Shown piece by piece: positions 20,135 to 30,919 of a stretch of DNA of 64,000 bases (within the stretch, counting starts at the first letter, position 1; every line of letters begins with the position of its first letter). The stretch is from an uncultured Planctomycetota bacterium (GTDB lineage Bacteria; Planctomycetota; Planctomycetia; Isosphaerales; Isosphaeraceae): assembly GCA_963823665.1 (NCBI GenBank), contig CAWGMQ010000008.1, positions 1,728,001 to 1,792,000 on the forward strand, read 5' to 3'. The notes below the pieces were generated by a model. It saw nothing but the letters and a program-made list of their open reading frames with translations, did no database searches and was not told the DNA's origin. The position numbers and the translations under genes were made by a program.

Positions 20135-21916
20135 TCACGGTTTGGGGGGCACCACCGGCAGAAGGAGATGCGACGGGTGGTCCTTGTCGTGGTAGATGGT
20201 TTGATCGGCGCGTTTCAGCTCGGTGGATTTGCCGAGGGTTTCGCCGGTGTTGGGGTTGCGGTCGTATTTGGGGAATGCTGTCGAGGCGATTTCCAGGCGG
20301 ATCGAATGACCCTTTTTGAAGAGCTGGCTGGTGGTCCAGCAGTCGATCTCGTAGGCGTAAATCTTGGCGGGCTCGATCAAGGTCGGCTTGTTCAGCCCTT
20401 CGCGGAAGCGGGCGCGGACCATGCCGTCACTGAGGCGCTGGGCAAATCCGTCGGGCCAGACGTCGAGGAGCTTGGCGGTGAAGTCGGTGTCTCGGGCGCT
20501 CGATGCGGCGAAGAGCTTCGCGCGGATCGGGCCGGTGACTTCGGTGTCGTCGGCGAGTGGCTCGGTGGTGTAGACGAGCACGTCGTCGCGGCGCTCGACG
20601 GGGCGGTAGTCATCCGGGCCGCCGATCTGGGCGAACGTGGGCTCGGTGATGAACGGGACGGGGCGCGCGGGATCAGAGGAATAGTGGTCGGCGGGTTCTT
20701 CCGCGGGTTCAGAGGACGAGAGTGAGCCGTCGCCGAAGAGGCTGTTGGCGCGGCCCTTACCATGCAGGAAATATTTGACGAACTTGGCCCGAGCGGGCGG
20801 CCATTCTTGCTCGTCGCGCCAGCGGTTGGCGCCCATGACGAAGATGCGCACGGGAGGCTCGCTCAAGATGCCGGTGTCGATTCCTTTGAGCCAATGGTCG
20901 TACCAGCGAAGAAGCGTGCCGGGGAGGTCGATTTTTGCCGTCGGGCCGAAATCGACTTCGCCGAGCTTGGTCGGCTGGGCCGTGACGTTGTGGGGCCAGG
21001 GACCCATGATCAACTTCTGGGATTTGCGGACCTGCTCGGTCGGACCATGAGCGACCATTCCAGCGAAGTTGAGGGGGGTGCCGACTTGTTCGTCGTCGTA
21101 CCAACCCGACAGGTGGAGAACGGGGACCTTCACGCGATCGAATTTGTTCTGGTAGCGCAGGGGCTCCCACCAATCATCGAGCTGGGCGTGCTCGAACATC
21201 TGGCGCCAGTAGGGGAGCGGGCGGCCGACGGCCTCGTCCATGGTCAAGAGGGGCAAGTGGCGGTGGACCTTGTCCCAGGCGACGGCATCGAGGTTCTGAA
21301 GTGCGTGGCCCGATGTGAAGTGATACCAGGAGACGTCCATAGGAATCGGCACGCCGGTGGGCCACTCGACGAACGGGTCGGAAGGAGTGACCATGGTCAC
21401 CATGGCGGTCAAATGCGGGGGCTGCTCGATGGCGGCGAGCCACTGATTCTTGGCGGTGTAGGAACCTCCCACGGTTGCAACCTTGCCGGTCGACCAGGGC
21501 TGGGCGGCACACCATTCGATCGAGTCGAAGCCGTCATGGCCGTCGGCGCGGTAGGGCTCGAAGGTGCCGCCGGAATCACCACGGCCGCGGACGTCGGCGA
21601 CCACCATCACGTAACCCCGCGAGGCGAAATAGCGGAGGCGTTCGAGGCCTTCCTTGTCGCGCGGTGATTTCAAATAGGGCGTGCGGGTGAGGATGACGGG
21701 GAATCGACCGCCCAATTGCGGACGATAGATGTCGGCCGAGAGGGTGACGGCGTCGCGCATCGGGATCCGGACATCGAATTCGATCTTGACCTCGTGGGTG
21801 GGCTTCGACGCCTTCGACGCTGGTTCGTCGGCGTGGGCCGGCGGAGCGGAGGGCAGGAACAGACATGAAAGAACCAGCCAGGGCCTGAGACGGACTGACG
21901 CTTGGGATGCACGCAT
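20135..21916 (-). CDS. CocE/NonD family (S15) hydrolase, exported
   Basis: IPMRDAVTLSADIYRP, RTPY, DVRGRGDSGG, GGSY nucleophile, SGWYD, GPWPH, C-terminal PepX-like domain. Confidence 0.92.
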   Translation of the reverse strand: MRASQASVRLRPWLVLSCLFLPSAPPAHADEPASKASKPTHEVKIEFDVRIPMRDAVTLSADIYRPQLGGRFPVILTRTPYLKSPRDKEGLERLRYFASRGYVMVVADVRGRGDSGGTFEPYRADGHDGFDSIEWCAAQPWSTGKVATVGGSYTAKNQWLAAIEQPPHLTAMVTMVTPSDPFVEWPTGVPIPMDVSWYHFTSGHALQNLDAVAWDKVHRHLPLLTMDEAVGRPLPYWRQMFEHAQLDDWWEPLRYQNKFDRVKVPVLHLSGWYDDEQVGTPLNFAGMVAHGPTEQVRKSQKLIMGPWPHNVTAQPTKLGEVDFGPTAKIDLPGTLLRWYDHWLKGIDTGILSEPPVRIFVMGANRWRDEQEWPPARAKFVKYFLHGKGRANSLFGDGSLSSSEPAEEPADHYSSDPARPVPFITEPTFAQIGGPDDYRPVERRDDVLVYTTEPLADDTEVTGPIRAKLFAASSARDTDFTAKLLDVWPDGFAQRLSDGMVRARFREGLNKPTLIEPAKIYAYEIDCWTTSQLFKKGHSIRLEIASTAFPKYDRNPNTGETLGKSTELKRADQTIYHDKDHPSHLLLPVVPPKP

Positions 21917-22109
21917 CGACCACTCCACAAGGAGACTGTATGTTGCAGTAGGATGAAACGGTTCGGGAATCACTACGCGCATCGACGGCCGGCGCACCGC
22001 GGAGCGGCATGATAACCGTTACCACGCAGAGCGTGGTAACGAGGTTTGGAACGTGGATTATCATCGGGGCGGGCATGCCCGTTCAATGGTGGGGCGAGAG
22101 GAATCGCGC

Positions 22110-23399
22110 ATGGATTTGACGTGGGTTGACCGGGCGCTGGGGAGCGGCATTCCTTATATCACGTACGCGGTACCGATCTTTTTCCTTTTGATCGGTGTGG
22201 AGCTGGTGGTGGCGCTCTGGGAGCAGAAGAAGGCGTACAGGCTGCACGATTCGATCAATGACCTTTCGTGCGGCATCACCGAGCAGATGGTGGGGATCTT
22301 TCTCAAGGGGCTCTTGTTCGCGGGATACCTGGGGACCTTTGGATTCGCCACGCGGCGCGGGATCAATCCGGTTGACGTGCAGAGCTACTCACCGGCGGGG
22401 AAGTGGGTGGCGGCGATCTTGCTGTTCCTGGGCGTGGACCTCGCGTACTACTGGTTTCACCGGATTGCGCATGAATACAACGCGCCCTGGGCGGGGCACG
22501 TGGTGCATCATTCGAGCGAGGATTACAACCTTGCGGTGGCCTTGCGGCAGGGGACGTTTCAGGGGGTATTCTCCTGGGTGTTTTACTTGCCGCTGGCGCT
22601 ACTGGGCTTTCCCCCCGCGTGGTTTGCCGCGATGTCGAGCTTCGACACGCTGTACCAGTTCTGGATCCACACCCGATTGATCGGCAAGCTGGGGCCGCTC
22701 GAGCTGATGCTGAACACGCCGTCGCACCATCGCGTGCATCACGGGCGCAATCCCAAATATCTGGACAAGAACTATGCCGGCACACTCATTATCTGGGACC
22801 GGATGTTCGGCACGTTTCAAGTTGAAGAGGAAGAGCCGGTGTACGGTCTGACGAAGCCGCTCGACAGTTGGAATCCGTTGTGGGCGAACTTTCACGTGTG
22901 GCGCGACCTGTTCCGGGACGCGTGGCTGGCACCGCGGTGGGTTGACAAGCTGCGGATCTGGTTCATGCCGCAGGGCTGGCGGCCGGAGGGTTTGCCCGCC
23001 AACCCGGCTGCTGCGGAGGTGAACCGGGCTACTTATCAACCTTATGACACACAGGTGTCGCGTGGGTTGGATGCTTATGCGTTTGTGAACTTTGCCGGTG
23101 CGCTGGTACTGGCGGTTGTGCTGCTAGCGGCCGGCACCACGATGGGGCGTGGCGAAGTGGCGGTGCTGGTGGTGCTGGTGCTGTGGGGTCTGCTCAATGT
23201 CGGCGGTATTTTCGAGCGCCGGCGGTGGGCGCTGGCTTCCGAGTTGTTGCGGCTGCCGGTGACCGGAGTTGCGCTGGCCCTGGCGCTGCCCGGAGCGGCG
23301 GGGCGTGGGGTGTTGGTGCTGGGGCTCGTGGTTTTTGGCACGGGGTTGTTGTTCTGGCTGCTGTGGCATCGAGGGCACGTTGAACGGGCGGGGTCGTGA
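22110..23399 (+). CDS. Sterol desaturase / alkylglycerol monooxygenase-like fatty acid hydroxylase
   Basis: His boxes HRIAH, HVVHHSSE, WIHT, PSHHRVHHG; DKNYAG..IWDRMFGTF; extra C-terminal TM region. Confidence 0.88.
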   Translation: MDLTWVDRALGSGIPYITYAVPIFFLLIGVELVVALWEQKKAYRLHDSINDLSCGITEQMVGIFLKGLLFAGYLGTFGFATRRGINPVDVQSYSPAGKWVAAILLFLGVDLAYYWFHRIAHEYNAPWAGHVVHHSSEDYNLAVALRQGTFQGVFSWVFYLPLALLGFPPAWFAAMSSFDTLYQFWIHTRLIGKLGPLELMLNTPSHHRVHHGRNPKYLDKNYAGTLIIWDRMFGTFQVEEEEPVYGLTKPLDSWNPLWANFHVWRDLFRDAWLAPRWVDKLRIWFMPQGWRPEGLPANPAAAEVNRATYQPYDTQVSRGLDAYAFVNFAGALVLAVVLLAAGTTMGRGEVAVLVVLVLWGLLNVGGIFERRRWALASELLRLPVTGVALALALPGAAGRGVLVLGLVVFGTGLLFWLLWHRGHVERAGS

Positions 23400-23400
23400 A

Positions 23401-24306
23401 TCATTTCTCGCGTTTGCTCGCCAGGGTGCGGCGGAGCGAGCGGATCTGGTCCTGGGCGACGGCGCTGAACTTCGAGCGCAGGATCGGCGCGCCCTGGAAC
23501 CAGCCGTCGGGCTCGATAAACGCCATGTGCATCTCGACCAGCAGCGCGCCCGGCTTCAATGCGAGCCGGCTGACCTTGGCGTAGCTCATGCCACCTTCGT
23601 AAGGCTTGGGAGTTTCATCGGTCTTCGCGGTGGTTTGTCCTTGCCGGGGACGTGCTTTCCAACGGTTGGGAAGGGTCGTGGACGTGGCGAATGCGGGGTC
23701 GGTATGTGAGGCAACGACGATCGAATCGGGGGACTGGGAGGCGACGATCCGGTTGGTCACGTCAAATTCAATGCGGTCGAGAAGCCGGGAGTGCACGTGG
23801 GCGAACCACTGGTTCTCACCGCTTGCGGGCCGGGCGGTTTTGACGGCGGCGGCGCGGAGATCGTCTTCCTTCAGGAGCCGGGTCTCGAAGAACATATTGG
23901 CGACGTCGACTGCCTTCTGATCGGTGCGCGACGCTTCCTGGGCGAAGTCGACCTGTTTGAGCTCGGCGTGGACGATGAACCAGACGTCGGCAACCCGGAT
24001 TTTGGCACCCTTTGCCTCCACGTCATGGACCTTGATGATGAAAGGCGAGAAGACCGAGTCGCGCAGCAGGTTTTCAAGCGCGGTATTGGAGCCGGCGAGC
24101 TCGTGGAGAACGGCGCGCTGGGACTGGGCATTCTGGCCATCGGAAAGGCGGGGTCTGGGCAGGGTGACTTTCTGCCCGCCGGATTCGAGGCCTTTTTCCA
24201 GGACCTCGTTGAACACGATGTTTTGAGCGTGAGCCGGCTCGATTTGAGTCTGTCCGGCGGTTTGTCCGGCGAGCGCAGCGGCCAACAAAATCGTTGTTGT
24301 GATCAT
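23401..24306 (-). CDS. Hypothetical exported protein
   Basis: Signal-like MITTTILLAAALAGQ at ATG 24306; C-terminal EPDGWFQGAPILRSKF. Confidence 0.7.
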   Translation of the reverse strand: MITTTILLAAALAGQTAGQTQIEPAHAQNIVFNEVLEKGLESGGQKVTLPRPRLSDGQNAQSQRAVLHELAGSNTALENLLRDSVFSPFIIKVHDVEAKGAKIRVADVWFIVHAELKQVDFAQEASRTDQKAVDVANMFFETRLLKEDDLRAAAVKTARPASGENQWFAHVHSRLLDRIEFDVTNRIVASQSPDSIVVASHTDPAFATSTTLPNRWKARPRQGQTTAKTDETPKPYEGGMSYAKVSRLALKPGALLVEMHMAFIEPDGWFQGAPILRSKFSAVAQDQIRSLRRTLASKREK

Positions 24307-24458
24307 GAGATTTACTCGGGTCCTTCCGGATGTAATGGTGTTGAGGACAAGTTTGCCCAGAAGGGGGTCGATAGTAAAGAAGAGGTCACTCGAATCCTCT
24401 CGAGACAACAAGAAGCCGGTTAAGGCTGGAGAAATTGAACGGCAAACGGGGTGCCATG

Positions 24459-25577
24459 ATGGCTGAACGGGGACGGATGCGCAAACTCTGTGGGGGCGCG
24501 GGTTGGCTGTGGTGGCTCGCGACGGGGCTGGCCGGCCTGGGCGGGTGCGGACATGCAATTCCCATCGCGGCGCAATTTCAGGGAGGGGTCGGAGCAAACG
24601 TGGTGGCAAACGCGACGTTCAAGGGGGACGTCGAAGTGAAGCTGCCGGCGGCAACTGATCCGGGGGAAATCATCGCGACGGTCGTTCGTGCGGGTCAATC
24701 GCAGTCGCCTTGTGCGCGGATTGCGCTCGTCGATGTCGACGGGGTCTTGCTCAACCAGAATTACGGTAGCCTTGCGGCCGTGGGAGACAACCCGCTGGCG
24801 GGGTTTCGAGACAAGCTGGAAGCGGCCGCGCGGGATCCTCAAGTTGTGGCGGTTCTGCTCAGGGTGAACAGTCCGGGAGGGAGCGTGACAGCGTGCGACA
24901 TCATGGCTGAGGAGCTTCGGCAATTCCGGGCCGAGACGCACAAGCCGGTTGTTGCCTGTCTGATGGATGTCGCCACATCCGGCGCGTATTACGTTGCCGC
25001 GGGAAGCGACCGGATCGTGGCGCACCCGACGGCGTTGACCGGTGGTTTGGGCGTCGTGTTCAATCATTTCAATCTGGAAGACGCCATGGCGCAGCTCAAT
25101 GTCGTTTCGGATCCCGTCAAGTCGGGAGAGAACATCGACATGGGAACCGTTACCCGCGTGCTCGACGACAACATGCGACCGCTGTTGCAGAAGATGGCCG
25201 ACTCATATCGCGAGCACCTGGAGCGCAAGATCAAGGAACGGCGGACGACCATGACGGCTCAGGACCAGCAGACGCTCAAGGATGGGCGGATCGTCGTCGC
25301 ATCCGAAGGTCTGGCTCTGCACCTGGTCGATCGGCTAGGCTACCTGCATGACGCCATCGCGCTCGCCGAACAAGTCAGCGGTGTCTCGAATGCCGAAGTC
25401 GTGCTGCTGCATCGATCTGGGTATCCCGCGCATTCGCTTTATGCGATCACACCATCGCCGGCCCCACTGACCGAGTCGCTTCCGTTTAGCTACCCTGGCC
25501 TTGATCGAACTAAACTACCTTCGTTTCTTTATTTATGGCAGCCAGATCCAACGCTACCGCGACTGGGCTCGCATTGA
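24459..25577 (+). CDS. sppA: S49 family peptidase (SppA-like), lipoprotein
   Basis: LGGC lipobox; LLRVNSPGGSV, ATSGAYYVA, AHPTALTGGLGV, KSG. Start uncertain. Confidence 0.8.
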   Translation: MAERGRMRKLCGGAGWLWWLATGLAGLGGCGHAIPIAAQFQGGVGANVVANATFKGDVEVKLPAATDPGEIIATVVRAGQSQSPCARIALVDVDGVLLNQNYGSLAAVGDNPLAGFRDKLEAAARDPQVVAVLLRVNSPGGSVTACDIMAEELRQFRAETHKPVVACLMDVATSGAYYVAAGSDRIVAHPTALTGGLGVVFNHFNLEDAMAQLNVVSDPVKSGENIDMGTVTRVLDDNMRPLLQKMADSYREHLERKIKERRTTMTAQDQQTLKDGRIVVASEGLALHLVDRLGYLHDAIALAEQVSGVSNAEVVLLHRSGYPAHSLYAITPSPAPLTESLPFSYPGLDRTKLPSFLYLWQPDPTLPRLGSH

Positions 25578-25633
25578 CGGCACCGGCGCGGCCGGATGAT
25601 GTTCCGCCGCGGCCTACGGGAGGCCGTGGGACC

Positions 25634-26617
25634 GTGGCGGACCCAGAGCCGGCTGATTGGCCGGTCTTGGTGACGGGGGCTGGGGGATTTGTCGGGGGGC
25701 ATGTTGCGCGTCACCTTGCGAGCTCCGGGCATTTCGTGCGGGCGGTGGCGCGACGGCCGGTAGCGGCCGAAGCGGGAGACCCTGCGATCGACTGGGTGGT
25801 GGGCGACTTGTTGGAGGCCGATGTGAGGGCCCGGGCGCTGGCAGGGGTGCGCGGGGTGATTCACGCGGCGAGCTGGGTGTCTCTGGGACCGGATCGCCAG
25901 GGGATCAGCCAATCCACGAATGTCGAGCTCACGCGGGACCTGCTCGCCGAAGCGCGAGCGGCCGGAGTCGAGCGGTTTGTGTACACGTCGAGTCTGTACA
26001 CGCTGGCGGCGGGAACACCCGAGCAGTCGGCCGACGAGTCTTCGGAGTGGAACCTGCAACGGGTCGACTCGTCGTACACCCGCACCAAGCGGGAGGCAGA
26101 ACGGCTAGTTCTGGAGGCGAACGGCGAAGGGTTCAGCACGATTGCGCTCTGTCCGGGGATGGTTCTGGGCCCGCGGGACCCGAAGCCAACGTCGACGCAG
26201 ATCGTCAAAGGTTATTCGCGGACGATGATCGCGATCGCGCCCTGGGGTGGGATACCGATCGTGGATTCGCGGTTGCTGGCGATTGCGCATCGGCGGGCGC
26301 TGGTCGCGGGTGGATCGGGCCAACGTTATGCCGTTGTCGGGCCTTACTTGAGCTATGGGGAACTGGCGAAGCTGGTAGCTGCGATCACCGGGCGGCCGCG
26401 CTGGATCGTGCCGTTGCCGAAGCTGGTTGAACCGCTGGTCGTGGGGGCTGCCGTCTGGCTGGGACCGCTGCTGCGAAGGTCGTGGCCGGACGTGTCGCGT
26501 GCGCTCGTGGGAGGGGGATTTCTGCAGATGTATTTCAGCGGCGAACGGGCAAATGCATGCCTGGGGCTCGAGCATCCGTCTGCGCGCGAGACAATTGCTT
26601 CTTGCTTTTCGCCTTAA
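25634..26617 (+). CDS. NAD-dependent epimerase/dehydratase (dihydroflavonol-reductase/HpnA-like)
   Basis: VTGAGGFVGG, IHAA, YTSS, YTRTK, PGMVLGPRD. Start uncertain. Confidence 0.85.
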   Translation: MADPEPADWPVLVTGAGGFVGGHVARHLASSGHFVRAVARRPVAAEAGDPAIDWVVGDLLEADVRARALAGVRGVIHAASWVSLGPDRQGISQSTNVELTRDLLAEARAAGVERFVYTSSLYTLAAGTPEQSADESSEWNLQRVDSSYTRTKREAERLVLEANGEGFSTIALCPGMVLGPRDPKPTSTQIVKGYSRTMIAIAPWGGIPIVDSRLLAIAHRRALVAGGSGQRYAVVGPYLSYGELAKLVAAITGRPRWIVPLPKLVEPLVVGAAVWLGPLLRRSWPDVSRALVGGGFLQMYFSGERANACLGLEHPSARETIASCFSP

Positions 26618-26829
26618 AGAAGGGAGGCCGTTGCGTGCGAGGTGTCTGACCGAATGCATCACGGCGATTGTGCTTGACAAATGTGAACGTGGCGACGGTC
26701 ACCGTGCTTGCACGGCTGATCGGAATCAGGCAAGATCGTAGCTATTGCATGTGCGGCAGCATTCGAGACATGCGTGACTGCGGGGTGGTTCCGATCGTTG
26801 GCCGCTCGGGTTCGCCGGAGGTTCTCAAG

Positions 26830-28164
26830 ATGCTCGAAACACCGCTCGTTTTCTTGACGCTTCTGGTCGGGCAGACTTCGGCGGCGACGCAACCCGCGGT
26901 CAAGCAGAAATCGACGCCGAAAGCCGCCGCGCCGGTGGATCGCGACAAGGCGGTGTCGGAATACAACTTCCTCAAAGAGAAGACGCCAATGACCGCCGCT
27001 GCGCGGTGGAAACTGGCGATCTGGTGCGAAGAGCATGGACTCGCGGATCTCGCCTTTGTGCACCTGGGCGAGGTGATTTCACTTGACCCGGGCCGCGACG
27101 TGGCCTGGCGCAAGCTTGGATTCAAGAAACTGGGAAACCGCTGGGCGAGCGAAGCGGAGATCGCCGAGGACCTTGAACGGAAGAAGGCGGACAAGCGGTG
27201 GGGGCCGCAATTAAGGAAGGTGCACAAGGACATTCACGGATCCAACGGCAAAGCGAAGCGATTGCTGGCCGAGGCCGAGCTCGACAAGATCACCGATCCG
27301 AGGGCTGTTGTGTCGGTTTACCGCGAATTTGGCGCGGGCGGTGAGACGGACCACTGGATTCTAGTCGACTTTCTCAGGCGGATCGACAAGCCGATGTCTT
27401 CAAAGGCCCTGGCCTTGATTTCTGTCTACGGGAAGTCGAAGGACATTCGCCGGGCTGCGACCGATGTTCTGCGTGGCAGGCCGAGCGACGACTTCATCGA
27501 CGTGCTGGTCGGGCTGATGACCGACGAGTACAGGTATGAAGTGAGGCCGGTCGGCGGCCCGGGCTCGCCCGGGGTGTTATTCGTCGAGGGCGAGAAGTTC
27601 AACGTGAGCCGGTTTTACGCGCCACCCGCTGCGCCCAATATCGTGCCTCAGCCCGGCGACATGATCACGTATGATCAATATGGCGAGCCGATCATCAACC
27701 GTCCCATGCGGCGGGTCGCGGAGATGGGCCCGATGATCATGGAAAAACCCACGGCGACGAAGCGTGTGACCAAGCAACAGGAGGAGGATGTCACCGAGTA
27801 TGCTCAGATCTCCCCGTCCCAGCTCGCCATGGAAGCCCAGAGGGGTGCGCTCGGGGCCAAAAACCAGCTCGAGGACGACGTCGAATTGATCAAGTCAATC
27901 AACAAGGAACGGAAGACATTCAACGAGCTGGTCATGGCGGTTGCGAAGGACGTCACCGGGAAGGACGGCATCAAGACGCCGAAGGAATGGCGCGAGACGC
28001 TGGCCGGGGGCAAAGGCTTCAGCAAGCGGCCCTCTTCGGCCAATCCAACATACGGTGAGATGGTGGCCCTGGCGTACAACCCGGTATTCGGGCCGGCGGG
28101 CTTCACCGCCCGAGGCGAGTTCAGAGTGCATGTTCGCGCGTGGGAGATCCCGGTCGACAACTGA
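26830..28164 (+). CDS. Secreted paralog array member 1 (planctomycete-type ARWKLAxWCEEH N-terminal domain plus HEAT-like helices)
   Basis: ATG 26830 with GGAGG RBS; signal-like N-terminus; clear homology to the next three genes. Confidence 0.85.
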   Translation: MLETPLVFLTLLVGQTSAATQPAVKQKSTPKAAAPVDRDKAVSEYNFLKEKTPMTAAARWKLAIWCEEHGLADLAFVHLGEVISLDPGRDVAWRKLGFKKLGNRWASEAEIAEDLERKKADKRWGPQLRKVHKDIHGSNGKAKRLLAEAELDKITDPRAVVSVYREFGAGGETDHWILVDFLRRIDKPMSSKALALISVYGKSKDIRRAATDVLRGRPSDDFIDVLVGLMTDEYRYEVRPVGGPGSPGVLFVEGEKFNVSRFYAPPAAPNIVPQPGDMITYDQYGEPIINRPMRRVAEMGPMIMEKPTATKRVTKQQEEDVTEYAQISPSQLAMEAQRGALGAKNQLEDDVELIKSINKERKTFNELVMAVAKDVTGKDGIKTPKEWRETLAGGKGFSKRPSSANPTYGEMVALAYNPVFGPAGFTARGEFRVHVRAWEIPVDN

Positions 28165-28227
28165 CCGGAGCTCCATCGATAGCTTCCGGTCCGGAAGCTT
28201 TAGCGCCTTGGTTGCGGAGGTTTTGAG
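28165..28227 (+). repeat. Conserved intergenic spacer with GCTTCCG-GTY-CGGAAGC hairpin and RBS, repeated after each paralog (also 29512-29573, 30858-30919, partial 32212-32247)
   Basis: Hairpins at 28181-28199, 29529-29545, 30875-30891 and 32229-32245. Confidence 0.85.
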
Positions 28228-29511
28228 ATGATCGGATCACCGCTCGTCGTGCTGGCGATTCTGGTCGGTCAGACCGCGGCCCCGAAGGATTCAGGGGAGA
28301 AGAAAACTTCTGCGGCGAAGCCAGGCGGCAGGATTGTGTCCGACAAAGTGATGTCGGAATACAACGTCCTCAAAGCCAAGACGCCAATGACGGCTGCTGC
28401 GCGGTGGAAACTGGCACTTTGGTGTGAAGAGCATCGCTTGAAGGATCTCGCCTTTGTGCATCTGGGCGAGGTGATTTCACTTGATCCGGGGCGCGACGCG
28501 GCCTGGCGCAAGCTTGGCTTCAAGAAGCAGGGAAACCGCTGGCTGAGCGAGGCGGAGATCGCGGAGGAGCAGGAGCTAAAGAAGGCCGACAAGCGGTGGG
28601 GACCGATTCTGAAGGCGGTGCACAAGGACATTCACGGGACCAACGGCAAGGCGAGAAGAGTGGCTGCGGAGGCCGAGTTCGACAAAATCACGGATCCCCA
28701 GGCGGTGGTGCCGGCATACCGGGAGTTTGGTGGCGGGGGCGAGACGGACCACTGGCTGCTGATCGACATTCTCTCGCGGATCGAGGCGCCCGCGGCTTCG
28801 AAGCTGATGGCATTGATGGCTGTCTACGGCAAGTCGAAGGAAATTCGCCGGGGTGCGACCGAGGAGCTGCGCAAGAGGAAAAGCGATGAATACCTCGAGT
28901 TGTTGACCGGGCTGATGGCCGACGAGTACAAGTATGAGGTCAGGCAGGTCGGCGGTCCGGGGTTGCCCGGGATCTTGTTCGTGGAAGGTGAGAGGTTCAA
29001 CGTAAGGCGGTTTTACGCGCCGCCGGCGGCGCCCAACATCGTACCGCAGCCTCGCGACATCATCGCCTACGATTCAGTGGGCGAGCCGATCATTATCCGG
29101 CCGATCAGCGAGCTTGCTCTCGCGGACGCCGAATCGATCCCCCGAACCGGCTTGGCCGCACAGCCGAGGTTGGGGGAATACACTGAGATTTCGCCCTCCC
29201 GGGTCCAACTGGAAGCGGAGAGGGGGGCAGAGGAGGCCGGGAGGCAGCTCTCCCGAGATGTGGATATGATCAAGTTGATCAACAAGGAACGGAAAGAGTT
29301 CAACGAGCTGGTGATGCGGGTGGCGAGGGACGCGACCGGACACGACGGCAAGACACCGAAGGAGTGGCGGGAGAAGGTGCTCGGAAAAGGTTTCAGCAAA
29401 CCGCCCGGAGACAAGCCGACTTATCCTGAGATGGCGGTGCTCGAGTACAAGCCGGAATTCCAGCGCGTCACGACCCGATTGATACTCAAAGTTTGGATCG
29501 ACGACGGGTGA
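28228..29511 (+). CDS. Secreted paralog array member 2
   Basis: 427-aa ORF with RBS; homologous to members 1, 3 and 4. Confidence 0.88.
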   Translation: MIGSPLVVLAILVGQTAAPKDSGEKKTSAAKPGGRIVSDKVMSEYNVLKAKTPMTAAARWKLALWCEEHRLKDLAFVHLGEVISLDPGRDAAWRKLGFKKQGNRWLSEAEIAEEQELKKADKRWGPILKAVHKDIHGTNGKARRVAAEAEFDKITDPQAVVPAYREFGGGGETDHWLLIDILSRIEAPAASKLMALMAVYGKSKEIRRGATEELRKRKSDEYLELLTGLMADEYKYEVRQVGGPGLPGILFVEGERFNVRRFYAPPAAPNIVPQPRDIIAYDSVGEPIIIRPISELALADAESIPRTGLAAQPRLGEYTEISPSRVQLEAERGAEEAGRQLSRDVDMIKLINKERKEFNELVMRVARDATGHDGKTPKEWREKVLGKGFSKPPGDKPTYPEMAVLEYKPEFQRVTTRLILKVWIDDG

Positions 29512-29573
29512 CCTGAGATGCATTGATCGCTTCCGGTTCGGAAGCTTACACGCTTGGTTGCGGAGGTTTTGAG

Positions 29574-30857
29574 ATGATCGGAACACCGGTCATTGCACTG
29601 GCGCTTCTGGTTGGTCAGACGGCGGCCCCGAAGGACTCGGGGCAGAAGAAGGATCCGGCGGCGAAGCCGGGTGCCAGGATTGCTTCCGAGAAATTGATCT
29701 CGGAATACAACGTCCTCAAAGCGAAGACGCCGATGACCGCTGCTGCGCGGTGGAAACTGGCGATTTGGTGTGAAGAGCATCGCTTGAAGGATCTCGCCTT
29801 TGTGCATCTGGGCGAAGTGATTTCACTTGATCCGGAGCGGGACGCGGCGTGGCGCAAGCTTGGTTTCAAGAAGCAGGGGAACCGCTGGGTGAGCGACGCG
29901 GAGATCGCTGAGGACCTCGAGCAGAAGAAGGCGGACAAGAGGTGGGGGCCGGCGCTCAAGAGATTGCACAAGGACATTCATGGGACCAACGGCAAGGCGA
30001 GAAGAGTGGCTGCGGAGGCCGAGCTCGACAAAATCACGGATCCCACGGCCGTGGTGCCGGCATACCGGGAGTTTGCTGGCGGGGGCGAGACGGACCACTG
30101 GCTGCTGATCGACTTTCTCTCGCGGATCGAGGGGCCGGCGTCGTCGAAGGTGATGGCCTTGCTCGCTGTGTACGGCAAGACGAAGGAAATTCGCCGGAGT
30201 GCGACCGAGGAGCTGCGCAAGAGGAAAAGCGATGAATACCTCGAGTTGTTGACCGGGCTGATGGCCGACGAGTACAAGTATGAGGTCAGGCAGGTCGGCG
30301 GTCCGGGGTTGCCCGGGATCTTGTTCGTGGAAGGTGAGAGGTTCAACGTAAGGCGGTTTTACGCGCCGCCGGCGGCGCCCAACATCGTACCGCAGCCTCG
30401 CGACATCATCGCCTACGATTCAGTGGGCGAGCCGATCATTATCCGGCCGATCAGCGAGCTTGCTCTCGGAGAAGCAGCATCGATCCGCGGAACCGGCTTG
30501 GCCGCACAGGCGAGGTTGGGGGAATACAATGAGATTTCGCCTATCCGGGGCGAAATGGAAGCGGAGAAAGGGGCAGAGGAGGCCAGGAGGCAGATCGATC
30601 GCGATGTGGATATGATCAAGTTGATCAACAAGGAACGGAAAGTGTTCAACGAGCTGGTGATGGGGGTGGCGAAGGACGCTAGCGGAAAAGACGGCAAGAC
30701 ACCAAAGGAATGGCGGGAGAAGGTGCTCGGAAAAGGTTTCAGCAAACCGCCCGGAGACAAGCCGACTTATCCTGAGATGGCGGTGCTCGAGTACAATCCG
30801 GCATTCCAGCGCATCACGACCCGAGTGATACTCAAAACTTGGATCGACGACGGGTGA
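29574..30857 (+). CDS. Secreted paralog array member 3
   Basis: Starts exactly 1346 bp after member 2 and has the same length. Confidence 0.88.
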   Translation: MIGTPVIALALLVGQTAAPKDSGQKKDPAAKPGARIASEKLISEYNVLKAKTPMTAAARWKLAIWCEEHRLKDLAFVHLGEVISLDPERDAAWRKLGFKKQGNRWVSDAEIAEDLEQKKADKRWGPALKRLHKDIHGTNGKARRVAAEAELDKITDPTAVVPAYREFAGGGETDHWLLIDFLSRIEGPASSKVMALLAVYGKTKEIRRSATEELRKRKSDEYLELLTGLMADEYKYEVRQVGGPGLPGILFVEGERFNVRRFYAPPAAPNIVPQPRDIIAYDSVGEPIIIRPISELALGEAASIRGTGLAAQARLGEYNEISPIRGEMEAEKGAEEARRQIDRDVDMIKLINKERKVFNELVMGVAKDASGKDGKTPKEWREKVLGKGFSKPPGDKPTYPEMAVLEYNPAFQRITTRVILKTWIDDG

Positions 30858-30919
30858 CCGGAGATGCATTGATCGCTTCCGGTTCGGAAGCTTACACGCT
30901 TGGTTGCGGAGGTTTTGAG

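Noticed and set aside
22110..26617. Sterol or hopanoid biosynthesis cluster (desaturase plus HpnA-like gene)
   Set aside because: No cyclase or squalene genes nearby; both families are broad, and unrelated genes separate them.
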